Assembly (NCBI GenBank): GCA_038727515.1
Contig: JAVYVS010000005.1
Location: 48,609-112,608, forward strand
Reading direction: 5' to 3'
DNA: 64,000 nucleotides
DNA from: Candidatus Methanomethylicia archaeon
Lineage (GTDB): Archaea > Thermoproteota > Methanomethylicia > Culexarchaeales > Culexarchaeaceae
This document shows positions 29,366 to 40,600 of this stretch, one piece after another; the first letter of the stretch is position 1; every line of letters begins with the position of its first letter. The notes under the pieces were generated by a model, which worked only from the letters and a program-made list of their open reading frames with translations, made no database searches and was not told the origin of the DNA. A program made the translations under genes and the position numbers.

Positions 29366-30598
29366 CTATATTAATTGTTTCCTTGCTTCGATTAATTTCT
29401 TTATGTCTTTTAATACTCTTTCTCTTATTTCTTGTGGCTTAGATATTTCAAATAGTATTTTCCCATTGTCTATTATCTTTTGTAACATTGGTTTTAGATT
29501 TTTACTTCCACATTTTACACATTTATCTGAGCTTTCACTCATTAATGTAACAATATCTGTGAAACAATCTTGGCATCTCCAAACCTGTTTCTTACCACTT
29601 GCCTTTCCTCTTTTTGCTATTGGGATTCCATCAACTTCCACTATGTCCAATGCAAAATCTATAGTTTTTGCATTTGATATGCTAGTGCCAACACCAAACA
29701 TATCCACTCCCTCCTTACTTAACTCCATTACACTCTTTTCATCTAAACCTCCTGAAACCATTATTTTCACATTTCTGTAACCTCTTATGTTAAGTTCCCA
29801 TCTTACTTCTCTAACTATTGCCGCCATATCCCCCCTTCTTGAACTTGGCGTATCCAGTCTCACTCCATATAGTTTATTTCCTAATGTTTCTGCAGCCATT
29901 ATTGCTTCTATTTTTTCATCATAAAATGTGTCTATTAATGCTACCCTTGGAACATGTTCATCAATAACTTCATCAAACTTCTTCCAAGCTTCTTTTTGGT
30001 CTCCAATTATTATTATTAGGGCATGAGGCATAGTTCCCACTGGCTCTATTCCAATAAGTTTTGCACCGCTAACTCCTGAAACTCCATCTAATCCACCTAT
30101 ATATGCAGCTCTATCTATCATTGGTGCTATTGCTGGATGCATTCTTCTAATTCCAAATGAGTATACAGGTTTGAAATTCGCTGCTACTTTTATATGTGCT
30201 GCTGCAGTTGCTATTCCTGAAGCTTGACATAATAGTCCAAGTATAGCTGTTTCTAAATGACCAAAGTCTTCATATTTTCCTTCAATTATCATTACTGGTT
30301 CCCTAATACCATCATATGTTATTGGATAAAATATGCTTCCTTCTGGCATTGCATATACATTTACTGGATAACCTTCAAGCAAGTTTATTTCTTCCTCTAT
30401 TCCACATAATATCCCCCAATCCCAATTGTTTGGTAGTCTACCGGTAGTTATCTCTGCAACCACCCATACTTCACTTTTCCCTATGCTCTTTAAAACTTCC
30501 ATAGTTCTACGAAAGTATATGTCTGTGGTTTCACCTCTCTTTATCTCTTCTGGTAATGCTATGTGAAATTTTCTCATAACTATCCCCAAACTATACAT
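29366..30598 (-). CDS. pncB: Nicotinate phosphoribosyltransferase
   Basis: TDIYF, FGIRRMHP, GTMPHA, VRLDTPSSRRG, SGGL. Confidence 0.92.
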   Translation of the reverse strand: MYSLGIVMRKFHIALPEEIKRGETTDIYFRRTMEVLKSIGKSEVWVVAEITTGRLPNNWDWGILCGIEEEINLLEGYPVNVYAMPEGSIFYPITYDGIREPVMIIEGKYEDFGHLETAILGLLCQASGIATAAAHIKVAANFKPVYSFGIRRMHPAIAPMIDRAAYIGGLDGVSGVSGAKLIGIEPVGTMPHALIIIIGDQKEAWKKFDEVIDEHVPRVALIDTFYDEKIEAIMAAETLGNKLYGVRLDTPSSRRGDMAAIVREVRWELNIRGYRNVKIMVSGGLDEKSVMELSKEGVDMFGVGTSISNAKTIDFALDIVEVDGIPIAKRGKASGKKQVWRCQDCFTDIVTLMSESSDKCVKCGSKNLKPMLQKIIDNGKILFEISKPQEIRERVLKDIKKLIEARKQLI

Positions 30599-31649
30599 TC
30601 CAATACTTTGATAAAACCTTCTTTGCTTTCTTTATTAATATTTCTATGATTCTCTTTTCAATTACATTTATTTTTTCCTCTTTTATCTCATAATATATGT
30701 GATCACCCATAGCTTCTAAAGTTCTCAATATTGATTGTGGTGTATATTTTAAATCGTATCCACCTTCTAGCATAGCTATAATTTTTCCATTACTTACCTT
30801 TTCTGCAACTTCTATTATGTGTTTCATGAAATTGTAATATGTATCTTCTGTATATCTTAGATCTGCTAATTTATCACGCCAGTGTCCATCGTATCCTGCA
30901 GATATTAGTATTATATCTGGTTTAAATTCTTCAATTACTGGAATAATTATTTCATATAAGCATGCAATTGCCATAGCTCCACTGGAATTTGGTGGAAGCG
31001 GTATATTTATTGTGTATCCTTCACCATCTCCAATCCCTACTTCTTCTATCCCCCCACTATATGGATATAGTGTTTTCCCATCCTGATGTATAGATGCATA
31101 AAATACGTTTGGGTTCTCATAGAAAATCTTTTGGGTCCCATTTCCATGATGAGCATCCCAATCTAATATGAAAATTCTCTTAAATCCCATATTCAATGCA
31201 TTTCTAGCAGTTACAGCGATATTATTTATTAGGCAAAATCCTCTTGCTACATCTCTTTCAGCATGGTGACCTGGAGGTCTACATAACACAAATACTCTTT
31301 TTACCTCATTTATTATTTTAAGTGCTTTCAAACCTCCACCAGCAGCTAATAATGCAACATTATATGAATCCCTTGAAACGTAAGTATCAGGCGCTATCTT
31401 CCCACCACCATGCTCTGCCAACTTTTTAATTCTCATAAGTAATTCATTTGAATGAACATACAAAACCTCTTTTTCATGTGCTTTAATCGGTTGCATTATA
31501 CTAATAATCCCACTTTTATATAACCATGATTTCTCTATAATCTCAATTGTTTTAGTAAGTCTCAAAGGATTTTCTGGGTGTTTAGTAACTTTATGTTTCA
31601 AATAATCATCAGAGTATATTACCGCAATCTTCTCCATACTATTCATCAT
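30591..31649 (-). CDS. Histone deacetylase family protein
   Basis: HPENPLR, RPPGHHA, GFC..NN, DWDAHHGNGTQ, SAGYD, LEGGY. Confidence 0.94.
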   Translation of the reverse strand: MMNSMEKIAVIYSDDYLKHKVTKHPENPLRLTKTIEIIEKSWLYKSGIISIMQPIKAHEKEVLYVHSNELLMRIKKLAEHGGGKIAPDTYVSRDSYNVALLAAGGGLKALKIINEVKRVFVLCRPPGHHAERDVARGFCLINNIAVTARNALNMGFKRIFILDWDAHHGNGTQKIFYENPNVFYASIHQDGKTLYPYSGGIEEVGIGDGEGYTINIPLPPNSSGAMAIACLYEIIIPVIEEFKPDIILISAGYDGHWRDKLADLRYTEDTYYNFMKHIIEVAEKVSNGKIIAMLEGGYDLKYTPQSILRTLEAMGDHIYYEIKEEKINVIEKRIIEILIKKAKKVLSKYWNV

Positions 31650-31743
31650 TTAGCTATTGTAATTTAAAGTTTTACATATATAGTCTATGGAGGAGAATTA
31701 TGAAACTTAAATATCATATTAATCATTATTATGTTGGGTTGAT

Positions 31744-31974
31744 ATGGGTGGTAAAGAATTGTCCATAAAATTATCTAATATCGAAAGATCTGTTGAAGAA
31801 ATGAAAATTGATATATCGTACTTAAAGAATCATGTAGATGGCATAATAGATTTCATGAATTCTAACCAATTAAGAAATGAATTATTACAGAGGGATATGG
31901 TAATATATGAGTTACTCAACGAAATTAAAATATTATTAAATGAAATCTTAAACATTCTACTCAATAAAAAATAA
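31744..31974 (+). CDS. Small hypothetical coiled-coil protein
   Basis: ATG ORF with heptad pattern, followed by A/T runs. Confidence 0.55.
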   Translation: MGGKELSIKLSNIERSVEEMKIDISYLKNHVDGIIDFMNSNQLRNELLQRDMVIYELLNEIKILLNEILNILLNKK

Positions 31975-32004
31975 AAAAGAATTTTATTGCATTAACTTGG
32001 TTTA

Positions 32005-32523
32005 CTAGTAAACTACAATTATTTTGAAATCTATGATTCCACCATCGTAAAATATCACTGCCCTATATATATTTCCAATCTTCCAATCTCCTTGAGAATT
32101 TATTTCAAAGTATATTGTTGCTACACAGCCCTGAGGTATTAGTAATTTATTGTCAGCATCCACTACTACATCTTTTGATGATCCATATATTTGTCCAAAT
32201 TGTAATGAGTTTGTTAAATTTATTGTTGCCCCATTATTTGGTGAAAAAGTTATATTCGCTTTTTCATTGCTTTTTTCTGTGTCTATCTCTATTTTACTTA
32301 TCTTTATTGTTGTTGTCCCTGTATTCCTTAGTACTATTTGTATCCTGGCTTTATTATTTGATGGACTCAGAATTATTTTTGACTCGGATGCATCTATTTT
32401 CACAATGTTTATTGCACCACTGAACCATCCCATCATTGTTGATGCGTACGCTATGGCCATTCCAAGTGAAACTGCTAAGAGTATTAATGAAACCATTATG
32501 GCACTTATCCCTTTCCTATTCAT
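32005..32523 (-). CDS. Archaeal type IV pilin (class III signal peptide)
   Basis: MNRKG|ISAIMVSLILLAVSLGMA hydrophobic N-terminus; LRNTGT beta-sandwich motif. Confidence 0.85.
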   Translation of the reverse strand: MNRKGISAIMVSLILLAVSLGMAIAYASTMMGWFSGAINIVKIDASESKIILSPSNNKARIQIVLRNTGTTTIKISKIEIDTEKSNEKANITFSPNNGATINLTNSLQFGQIYGSSKDVVVDADNKLLIPQGCVATIYFEINSQGDWKIGNIYRAVIFYDGGIIDFKIIVVY

Positions 32524-32587
32524 TTAACCCTTTATCTAATGAAATCTTAGAGTATAAAATTGCATACTGAATTTGTGCAGTTAATTT

Positions 32588-33313
32588 TTATATTATAACG
32601 TCTAATTGTTTTATTGCGTATAATGCTATTGAGAGAGGTATACTTATCTTTTTTAAGGGTTCTTTACATGTAAATGTCGCTTTTTCAATACCTAAACCTT
32701 TCATGCATCCAATTTTCTCTTTCCTAGAGTTTAATATTGCAATTTCTCTTCCCCAAATTCTTTTTATAATCATATTCTCTCCTTTATAAAATGATTCTAT
32801 AGGTTTCATAAAACCAATTCTATAGGCTTCAAAAATAATTTCATCCATCTTCTTTATGGTGAATCCTGCAAATTTGTACGTTTTAAATATTATTTCATAA
32901 TTTTCTTCTCCATTTACATGGTATATTGATTTTAATATACCTTCTCTTTTTGCTTGAGCCACTAATTTTCCTACTCCATTCACTATCTTGTATACGTTTA
33001 TGGGAGGTTCTATTTTATTTAGTGGTTTATCATATGATAGTATTAATGTATCGCTTAATTCCTTCATGTACATATCCAGTTTATCTTTGTCTTCAACATC
33101 CAAATAGTAATATTTCATTTTCTTATTGTATTTTATTATCCCTTCTTTACTTATTTTCTTAATTATCGCATTAATCTTCCTTATATCTCCACTTTCCTTA
33201 ATCTTTCTCGCTAAACTTCTAGATGTAAATTTATACTGTTCTCTCGCTAAATATTCTACTTCTTCTCTCAAACATTTTATTACTTTATATGTTAGTTCTA
33301 TGTTTTGGCTCAA
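32588..33313 (-). CDS. wHTH + putative Tubby/LURP-like beta-barrel protein
   Basis: N-terminal FTSRSLARKI...KISKEGII wHTH; C-terminal beta-hairpin series ending in a hydrophobic helix. Confidence 0.5.
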   Translation of the reverse strand: MSQNIELTYKVIKCLREEVEYLAREQYKFTSRSLARKIKESGDIRKINAIIKKISKEGIIKYNKKMKYYYLDVEDKDKLDMYMKELSDTLILSYDKPLNKIEPPINVYKIVNGVGKLVAQAKREGILKSIYHVNGEENYEIIFKTYKFAGFTIKKMDEIIFEAYRIGFMKPIESFYKGENMIIKRIWGREIAILNSRKEKIGCMKGLGIEKATFTCKEPLKKISIPLSIALYAIKQLDVII

Positions 33314-34280
33314 TTTTCATTTTCACCATTAAGTTTTCTTCTATACTCCTTTTTTCTTCATTTAATTTACATACTTCTTCCTCTAGGTAGCTTCTCTTCC
33401 TAATTAAGGTGTTTACATCTTTTTCCAACTTTTCTTTTTCCTCTTTTAATTCCTTAATCCTTTTTTCAATTTCTTTTTCTTTTTCCTCTAAAATTTTTAA
33501 GTATGTAATCCTCGAATTTGTTAATTTCATTATTTCTTCATATTCCTTTATTTTTTCCATTAATGTATTTGCTAATTTTGTTAATTCTCTTTCTTTTTCA
33601 TTTAATTCTTCTTCTTTTCTGTGTAATTTTTCTTCATACATCGATAATTCTTCAATTTTACCTTTAATTTCTTTATTTCTCATTTCTGCTTTCTCCATTA
33701 ATATGCCTAATTCTACTTTTGTAGATGCTACTTGATCTATTGCTGCTTTATAATTTTCTAATAGTCTTTTTATGTTTACTTCCATTTCACTGATTTCCTT
33801 TTGTATTATTGTTGCTGTTGATATGTTTTTTAGTGCGTTTATTTCTAGGTCTTTTATGTTAATTATATTTTTCATAGCTTCTTGATTTATTTCTTCAATA
33901 TTACTCATCTTTCCAATTATTGTATTTAGATTTGTTTTCATTTCATTTTTCATATGTGCAATTTCATCCATAATTTTCATCGTATTTTCTTGTAAAATAT
34001 TAGATTTATTAATGATCTCCGTAAGTATGTCTGAATTTGTTATTTTATTTAATGTTTCTTTAAATTTCTCAGCTTCATCTATTACTTCTTTCACTTTTCC
34101 AATACTTTCAATAACCTTTATTAATTGTTCTTCTATTTCATTTACTTTGCTTCTCTTTAATTCTGCTTCAAGCTTCATAACTCTAGATATATTTTCATTT
34201 ATTTTTGTGTTCATTTCATTTAGTATTTGCATTATCCATTCAAGTTTCTCTATGATTCCCTTCGCATTAGATTTAAACAT
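33285..34280 (-). CDS. Long coiled-coil protein
   Basis: 331 aa, E/K/I/N-rich heptads, no Pro until the extreme C-terminus. Confidence 0.75.
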   Translation of the reverse strand: MFKSNAKGIIEKLEWIMQILNEMNTKINENISRVMKLEAELKRSKVNEIEEQLIKVIESIGKVKEVIDEAEKFKETLNKITNSDILTEIINKSNILQENTMKIMDEIAHMKNEMKTNLNTIIGKMSNIEEINQEAMKNIINIKDLEINALKNISTATIIQKEISEMEVNIKRLLENYKAAIDQVASTKVELGILMEKAEMRNKEIKGKIEELSMYEEKLHRKEEELNEKERELTKLANTLMEKIKEYEEIMKLTNSRITYLKILEEKEKEIEKRIKELKEEKEKLEKDVNTLIRKRSYLEEEVCKLNEEKRSIEENLMVKMKIEPKHRTNI

Positions 34281-34383
34281 TACCTCTACTTTTTTGCTAC
34301 ATATTACAGTATTAAAATGTATATGTTTCTTTTCTCTCGGTTTTAAATATCCAAATATTTTCTTTAAATGTGGAGTTTGAGAT

Positions 34384-35943
34384 ATGTTTTTAAAGAAGAT
34401 TTTTAAGCATGAAAAGAATCCTTCGCATCAAAATTTCGATTTTAAGATTTTTAGATCTAAACTTCCTGTGGATTCATCTATTCTTTCATCTTATAAAATT
34501 TGTAATAATCAAGTTCATGTAATTATTGCAGAAAATAATGGTGAAGGATTATATATAGTTTCTGAACCTGAATTAATGGATATAGAGTTAAAAGTCTATA
34601 GGGAATTATCTAAAATATTAAAATTTGAGATCAATATTCCACATGATCTTTCCGATATTGATTTACACAAGTATATTCACGATTGTATACTTAGGATTGC
34701 TAAAGATTATGGATTTAAAAATTTGTACGAATTAAGTATAGATAGAATCGCCTATTATATTTCTAGGGATTTAGGTTATGGTTATATAGAACCCCTTCTT
34801 AGGGATCCAGATATTGAAGATGTTAAATGTGTTGGCCCCAATATGCCTTTCTTTGTTTGGCATAGAAAGTTTGGGTATTTTGATTGGCTTACTACTAACA
34901 TTGTTTTAAATGAGTATGAATTGAATTCTTTAGCTTCAAAACTTGCACATATGTGTGGTAAACATGTTTCTATAGCTTTTCCAATAGTTGATGCCATTTT
35001 ACCAGATAAAAATAGGCTTTCTATATGTTATGGTAGAGAAGTTAGTGCTAGATCTACTAATATCTGTATTAGGAAGTTTAGGGAGAAGCCATATACCATT
35101 ATGCATTTAGTTTATGATTATTCAACTTTAAGCCCTCTTATGGCTTGTTATTTATGGGTTTTAATTGAAAATAAAAGAAACATATTTATATTGGGTGGTA
35201 CTGCTACTGGTAAAACTACTCTTTTATGTGCTTTAAGCGCATTATTCAAGCCGAATTGGTCTGTAGATTCTATTGAGGACGTTCCTGAACTCAAAATTCC
35301 AGTTAAAGGTTGGGAACCTCTTATAGCTAGACATGCATATTCAATGGACAGTAAACAATTTGAAATTTCACTTTTTGATTTAGTTAAAGTGGCTGTTAGG
35401 AAGCGTCCTGATTATATTGTTGTAGGTGAAATTCGTGGTGAAGAAGCTTATGTACTTTTCCAAGCAGCAGCTACTGGACATGGATGTATGTGTACTATGC
35501 ATGCTGATTCAATAGAATCAGCCATTAAACGTCTTTCTTCCCCACCAATGAACGTTTCCCCAACATATATTCCACTTATGAACTGTGTTATTGTTTTAAG
35601 GAAAATTGAAAATGGTAGGGATGTAAGGAGGAAGGTTGTAAGTATATATGAGCTAAAGTCTTTAGATAATTATATTGAGGTCTTTAAGTGGATTCCATTG
35701 TATAATACTTTTTCACCATCAAGTGTTGATTCTCTCATCTCTTCAAGTATTCTATTGAAAGAAATAGCTGAAGAAAATGGTTGGTCCACTAAAGATGTAG
35801 CTCATGAAATAAGTTCTAGATTATCCTTCTTAGAAGGTTTACGTAAACAGGGTGTTAGGGAGTATGATGATTTTGTTACAAACCTTAGATTATTTAATTA
35901 TTCTAGAAGTTCAAAGGTGGTTAAAGTTGTTTATGGAAAGTAA
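34384..35943 (+). CDS. Type IV pilus/secretion assembly ATPase (ArlI/TadA/VirB11 family)
   Basis: PLLRDPDIED, Walker A GGTATGKTT, SIEDVPEL, RPDYIVVGEIRGEE, His box GHGCMCTMHA. Confidence 0.93.
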   Translation: MFLKKIFKHEKNPSHQNFDFKIFRSKLPVDSSILSSYKICNNQVHVIIAENNGEGLYIVSEPELMDIELKVYRELSKILKFEINIPHDLSDIDLHKYIHDCILRIAKDYGFKNLYELSIDRIAYYISRDLGYGYIEPLLRDPDIEDVKCVGPNMPFFVWHRKFGYFDWLTTNIVLNEYELNSLASKLAHMCGKHVSIAFPIVDAILPDKNRLSICYGREVSARSTNICIRKFREKPYTIMHLVYDYSTLSPLMACYLWVLIENKRNIFILGGTATGKTTLLCALSALFKPNWSVDSIEDVPELKIPVKGWEPLIARHAYSMDSKQFEISLFDLVKVAVRKRPDYIVVGEIRGEEAYVLFQAAATGHGCMCTMHADSIESAIKRLSSPPMNVSPTYIPLMNCVIVLRKIENGRDVRRKVVSIYELKSLDNYIEVFKWIPLYNTFSPSSVDSLISSSILLKEIAEENGWSTKDVAHEISSRLSFLEGLRKQGVREYDDFVTNLRLFNYSRSSKVVKVVYGK

Positions 35944-37624
35944 AAAGTTTTTCTTTATACCCGTAAATTTGGCATTTAAAATTTTTGGAGGGATTGCATA
36001 TTCATTTTCGAAGAAGTTTGATTTAGATAATTTAATTTATCGTTCTGGTTTAAAGATTAGCCCTCAAGGGTATTGTTCAATTTTTCTTTTTCAATTCTTC
36101 TTTATCGTACTACCAGTTTCTCTTATAACGTTTATCATATTTCAATTTTTAAATCATTTTACACTCTCATGCATAGTTCCATTATGTCTTATGTCTTTTT
36201 CAGTAGTATTCTTCTATGCATATCCATTCATTAGAATTTCTCTTCGTAGAAATGGTGTCTTATCTGAACTTCCATTTATATCTACTTATTTTAGTATATT
36301 GGGTTTATCGCATGTTCCAATATATAGAGGTTTCGAGAAATTATCTTCTCAAAATATTTTCCCATGGTTTAAATTTGAGAGTGAACTCTTTTTAATTGAT
36401 TATATATTTTTCAGTAAGGATCCACTGATATCCATGAAAAATTTATCTAATAATCATCCATGTAAAGAGTTTAAAGATTACTTAGAATCTTATATTAGAT
36501 CTATTGAAAGTGGTGGATATCCTCTTTCTTTCCTATTAGATTATAGTTCAAATTTAAGTGAACGTTTATCAAATAGGCTTAAACGTTTTTCAGAAGATGT
36601 CAATATCTTTGGTGATTTAATAATCACTTTATTTGTTTTTTTACCTCTTGGCTTAATTGGAATTTTCATAGTTGTAAATTCATTTAATACACTTTTTTGG
36701 TTGAAGCTTTATGGATTTGTTTTTTCACCATTAATTGCACTTTCACTATTATTAATTGTAGATTCTAGTCAATTAAAACTTCCATTTAAACTTAATGATT
36801 ATAAACGTATATTATTGTTTTCTATTCCACCATCATTAGTAATACTTCTAGTTATTCTAACAAAATTTAATTTTGATTTTCCAATTACTTTTACGGTTTT
36901 TTCATCATTTCTATTGGCTCCAACAAGCGTTATGTATGAACTCAATGTTATAAGGAATAGGTCTTTAGAATTTAATCTTCCAAAATTTGTTAGAGATGTT
37001 TCGGAGTATATTAAAATTGGATTAAGTATTGAAGGTGCTATTTCATTGGTTTCAAAAAATTCTTATGGGGCTTCTTTAAATAAAGTTATTAACGATATAA
37101 ATAGGTCTCTATCTTTCTCCACAAAATCTATAAGTGATATTTTTAATGATTTGATTTCTAAGATTAATTCTTGGTTTGCAAAAACTGTATTTTGGCTTTT
37201 TGGGGAAGCTATTTCTACTGGTGGAGGTACCGCTGAAGTTTTTTCTCATATTTCAAAGTTTTGTTGGGATTATTATGAATTTAAACGTAAAATTGAAAAT
37301 GAGCTGAAAGTATATATCTTTATAGGATACTTTGCTTCACTAATATTGATTTTTGTTTCTTCCCAACTTATAACTTTTTTAAACTTCTTTAGAAGTGGGT
37401 ATAGAACCTTTGATTTTAATATTAGCTTTATGATTGTAGATGAAGTTTTAATTTCAGATCTAATAACTACAATATATTCAACTATAACAATATTATCATT
37501 TCTAACCGGTATTTTAATGGGTAAAATATCTGGTGGGACTATTTTTAGTGGATTTAAACATGCTTTGGTATCATGTTACATTTGTTTATTCGGAATATAT
37601 TGTGGTGGTGTAAAATTATGGTGA
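35933..37624 (+). CDS. Type IV pilus membrane platform protein (ArlJ/TadC, two T2SSF domains)
   Basis: Multi-TM protein; ELPF, IESGG, LPKFVRDV, SYGASL, ILMGKISGG..GFKH; start moved to ATG 35933. Confidence 0.87.
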   Translation: MESKKFFFIPVNLAFKIFGGIAYSFSKKFDLDNLIYRSGLKISPQGYCSIFLFQFFFIVLPVSLITFIIFQFLNHFTLSCIVPLCLMSFSVVFFYAYPFIRISLRRNGVLSELPFISTYFSILGLSHVPIYRGFEKLSSQNIFPWFKFESELFLIDYIFFSKDPLISMKNLSNNHPCKEFKDYLESYIRSIESGGYPLSFLLDYSSNLSERLSNRLKRFSEDVNIFGDLIITLFVFLPLGLIGIFIVVNSFNTLFWLKLYGFVFSPLIALSLLLIVDSSQLKLPFKLNDYKRILLFSIPPSLVILLVILTKFNFDFPITFTVFSSFLLAPTSVMYELNVIRNRSLEFNLPKFVRDVSEYIKIGLSIEGAISLVSKNSYGASLNKVINDINRSLSFSTKSISDIFNDLISKINSWFAKTVFWLFGEAISTGGGTAEVFSHISKFCWDYYEFKRKIENELKVYIFIGYFASLILIFVSSQLITFLNFFRSGYRTFDFNISFMIVDEVLISDLITTIYSTITILSFLTGILMGKISGGTIFSGFKHALVSCYICLFGIYCGGVKLW

Positions 37625-40600
37625 AACGCCTTCTATTTTCCTTAATCTTAATATTTTCTATTTTAATGATCTCAATCCCATTTTCAAATGAATCTCTGTA
37701 CTATCCTTTAGCTCCTCCATTCAATGAAGTCCAAGTATTCTATCATAGTCGTGGCAGTGGAACTTTTTCGTATATGTATGATAAGAATCGAGGTGTTATG
37801 AAGGGTATTTGTACTGCAGTTAAAAACATTGGCTCTATATTAGATGAAGCGGATTTAACTCTAATTTTTAAGGGTTATTTAACCACGTCTTTTAGTGGTG
37901 TAATAGAAAGATTATTTGTTAAATATACTTTGAAGGGTAGGTTATATGTTAAATCTGTGTGTTTACCTAATACGTTTTCTGCTTCAGCTGAAGTTGGTGT
38001 TTACGTTGATTTAATGGGATCAAGAATGGTTTTAGCTTCTAAAACTATAGAGCTATATTATTCTGGTGAAGATCAGTATGTCTTTAACGATATTTCTCAA
38101 ACCGTTTCTAAGGAATTAAATTTAAGAGTTTTTAAAGGTGAAGTTATTGAGTTTACAGTTACAATGCATATTAGTAGTGTAGCTCTAGGTGCTCTTGAAG
38201 ATTATTCATATTCACTTGCAGATTTTAGTAGTGGAGATTATGGTTTACGCATAATACTGTATATCGGATATTTAGAGGATTCATATATTTCCGCTTCAAT
38301 AAATCCTTCTAAAGCTTATATTGGTGATTCTATTGAGATAAGTGGTTATTTGGTGGATAGTAATGGGCGTGGTATTCAAAATTCCATTTTGCTTTTATAT
38401 CTAGATTCAAATTACATATCCTCTACGCGTACTGAGAGTAATGGTTACTTCTACTTTCAATATATTGTTCCAATGGATATAGTCCCTGGTGAGAAGATTT
38501 TCAAAGTTGTTTTTGAAGGTGATAGTGGCCATTTACCTTCTTCTCAGGAATTTAAATTGATAGTTCCATCATTCTCTTTACATGCTTCACATTACAGTAT
38601 TAAGATACCCTTTGGCTCCGTTAGGGGTGTTGATATATACGTTAATGATATTTATAACTACAACCTACCTGTTGAAGTTAAAATTGGTGATTTACCGAAT
38701 TGGATTAGTTATGGAATAGTAGGTGATACTCTATCTATTCCACCATTTCAATTCCATATCTACTTTACCACTTATGATGTTGGTGAATTTAATCTTGAAA
38801 TTTTGGCTGTAGGTTCTGATGGTCAAATTAAGAAAATACTATTAAATATTGAAAGTTATCTCCAACCTACATACTCAATATCTGTTATTCCATATGTAAA
38901 TGAAGTTTTCCAAGGTTCTTCAACCACATATACAGTTATCTTAACCCCATTAAATGGCTATAATGGTCTAATTAACCTATTTCTTGAAGTTAATGGACTT
39001 AATTTCTCATCACATTTCTCTTTGAATCCAGTTCCTCTATATTCTTATGAGAAACAAATTACACTTACTATTCAAGTACCACCCTTTGTTAATGTGGGAT
39101 CTTATGATCTGATAGTTAAGGGTGTTGATAGTAATGGATTAATTGTATATAGCAATCCATTTAAATTGAATGTGAAGGAAGGTCCATATTTTAAAATTTC
39201 TGTTCATCCAACTTTTTCATCAATTTTTAGTGGTGAAACAGCAATATTTTATGTTAACTTAACGTCATTTAATGGATTTAATGATTACATTTCACTTGAA
39301 GTTTTATGTGATGTAAATGTTTCAAAATCCTTTAGATTCATTTTCTCAGAGAATCACATCAATCTTTCACCATCAAATTTAACTAAGATTGTTAAATTAT
39401 ATGTATCTCCTTCATCAGATGTTTACGGCATATTCAATTTTACTATTTATGCATATTCATCTTTTCATCAAGATTCATGTAGTTTTTCCCTTGAAGTTAA
39501 AAAGTCTGCATCTATTGAACTTTATTATGTTAATTGGCTTAGAAATACTTGGCACCATGAGTATGTTTTTATGCCTTATGAAGCTATTGGCATTATTATT
39601 AGTTATGAACCCCTCAAAAATCTTACAATGATATTACCTAAACATATCTTTGGTGAATTCAATTCTTCGGTTATAAAATTGTTTACTGACGAGAATGGTA
39701 CATGTAGATTTATAGTATTTTTAAATGGTTTACAGTGTCCTACTGGTTTCTATGAAATTTACCTACTGGATGATTCTGGAGAAATTGTCTGTACAAGCCA
39801 TATATGTATTGATAGTTTAAACGCTTTTTATCAAGTTTACAATGATTATAATTATAGTAGAATACTTTTTTATTTGAAATGGTCTCATAACAATGAAAGT
39901 ATTAGATTTAGAGGGGGAAACATAGAATTTATTTTGAAATCCAATATTCCAACTTTAAATCGTTGTTTAATTAATGATAGTGGTGTTGCTATATTTAATG
40001 TACCACCGATCATCCTTGATTCTCATTTAATTTTCCATGTTCATTATGCTTTTTCCCCTATTAGAGTTAAAAGCGCTAATTCAAGCTTACTTTCAATAAT
40101 TGTTCCATATAGACGTATATCGTATGATATTCTTAGAATTTCATTTAATGATTTCAATTTCAATTTAAATCTTAGATTCTACTATGAAGATAATACTCCT
40201 GCAAAACTAATGTTATTACTAGTGGCTTATTACGATGATTCTATAGTTGAATTTAATTATGTAACTGATGTTAATGGGTTTGCCTCAATTAATTTCAGTT
40301 TGCCCCCTTCCAAATATATAGTGTTCAAACTTCTTTGTAGAGATATTAATGATAGATGGGTTTCAAGAGTTAAGGATCCTTCAGATCTTTATTGGGATGA
40401 AAATATCGGTGTATTATCTTATGTTAATGTTCAAAATGGATTTGTTAATTTTACCTTTATCCCAACGTCGAGATTCATGAATTTTAAATGTACTTTTTAT
40501 GCTATGTTTTATGATGAATTTGATACATTATTTTATTCTTTCTCTACACTTATTCCTTTAAATCATGGTTCAATCAATTACTACACTTTTTCACTTCATA

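Noticed and set aside
29280-29780. 166-aa + strand ORF
   Set aside because: Antisense shadow of tRNA-Pro and pncB.
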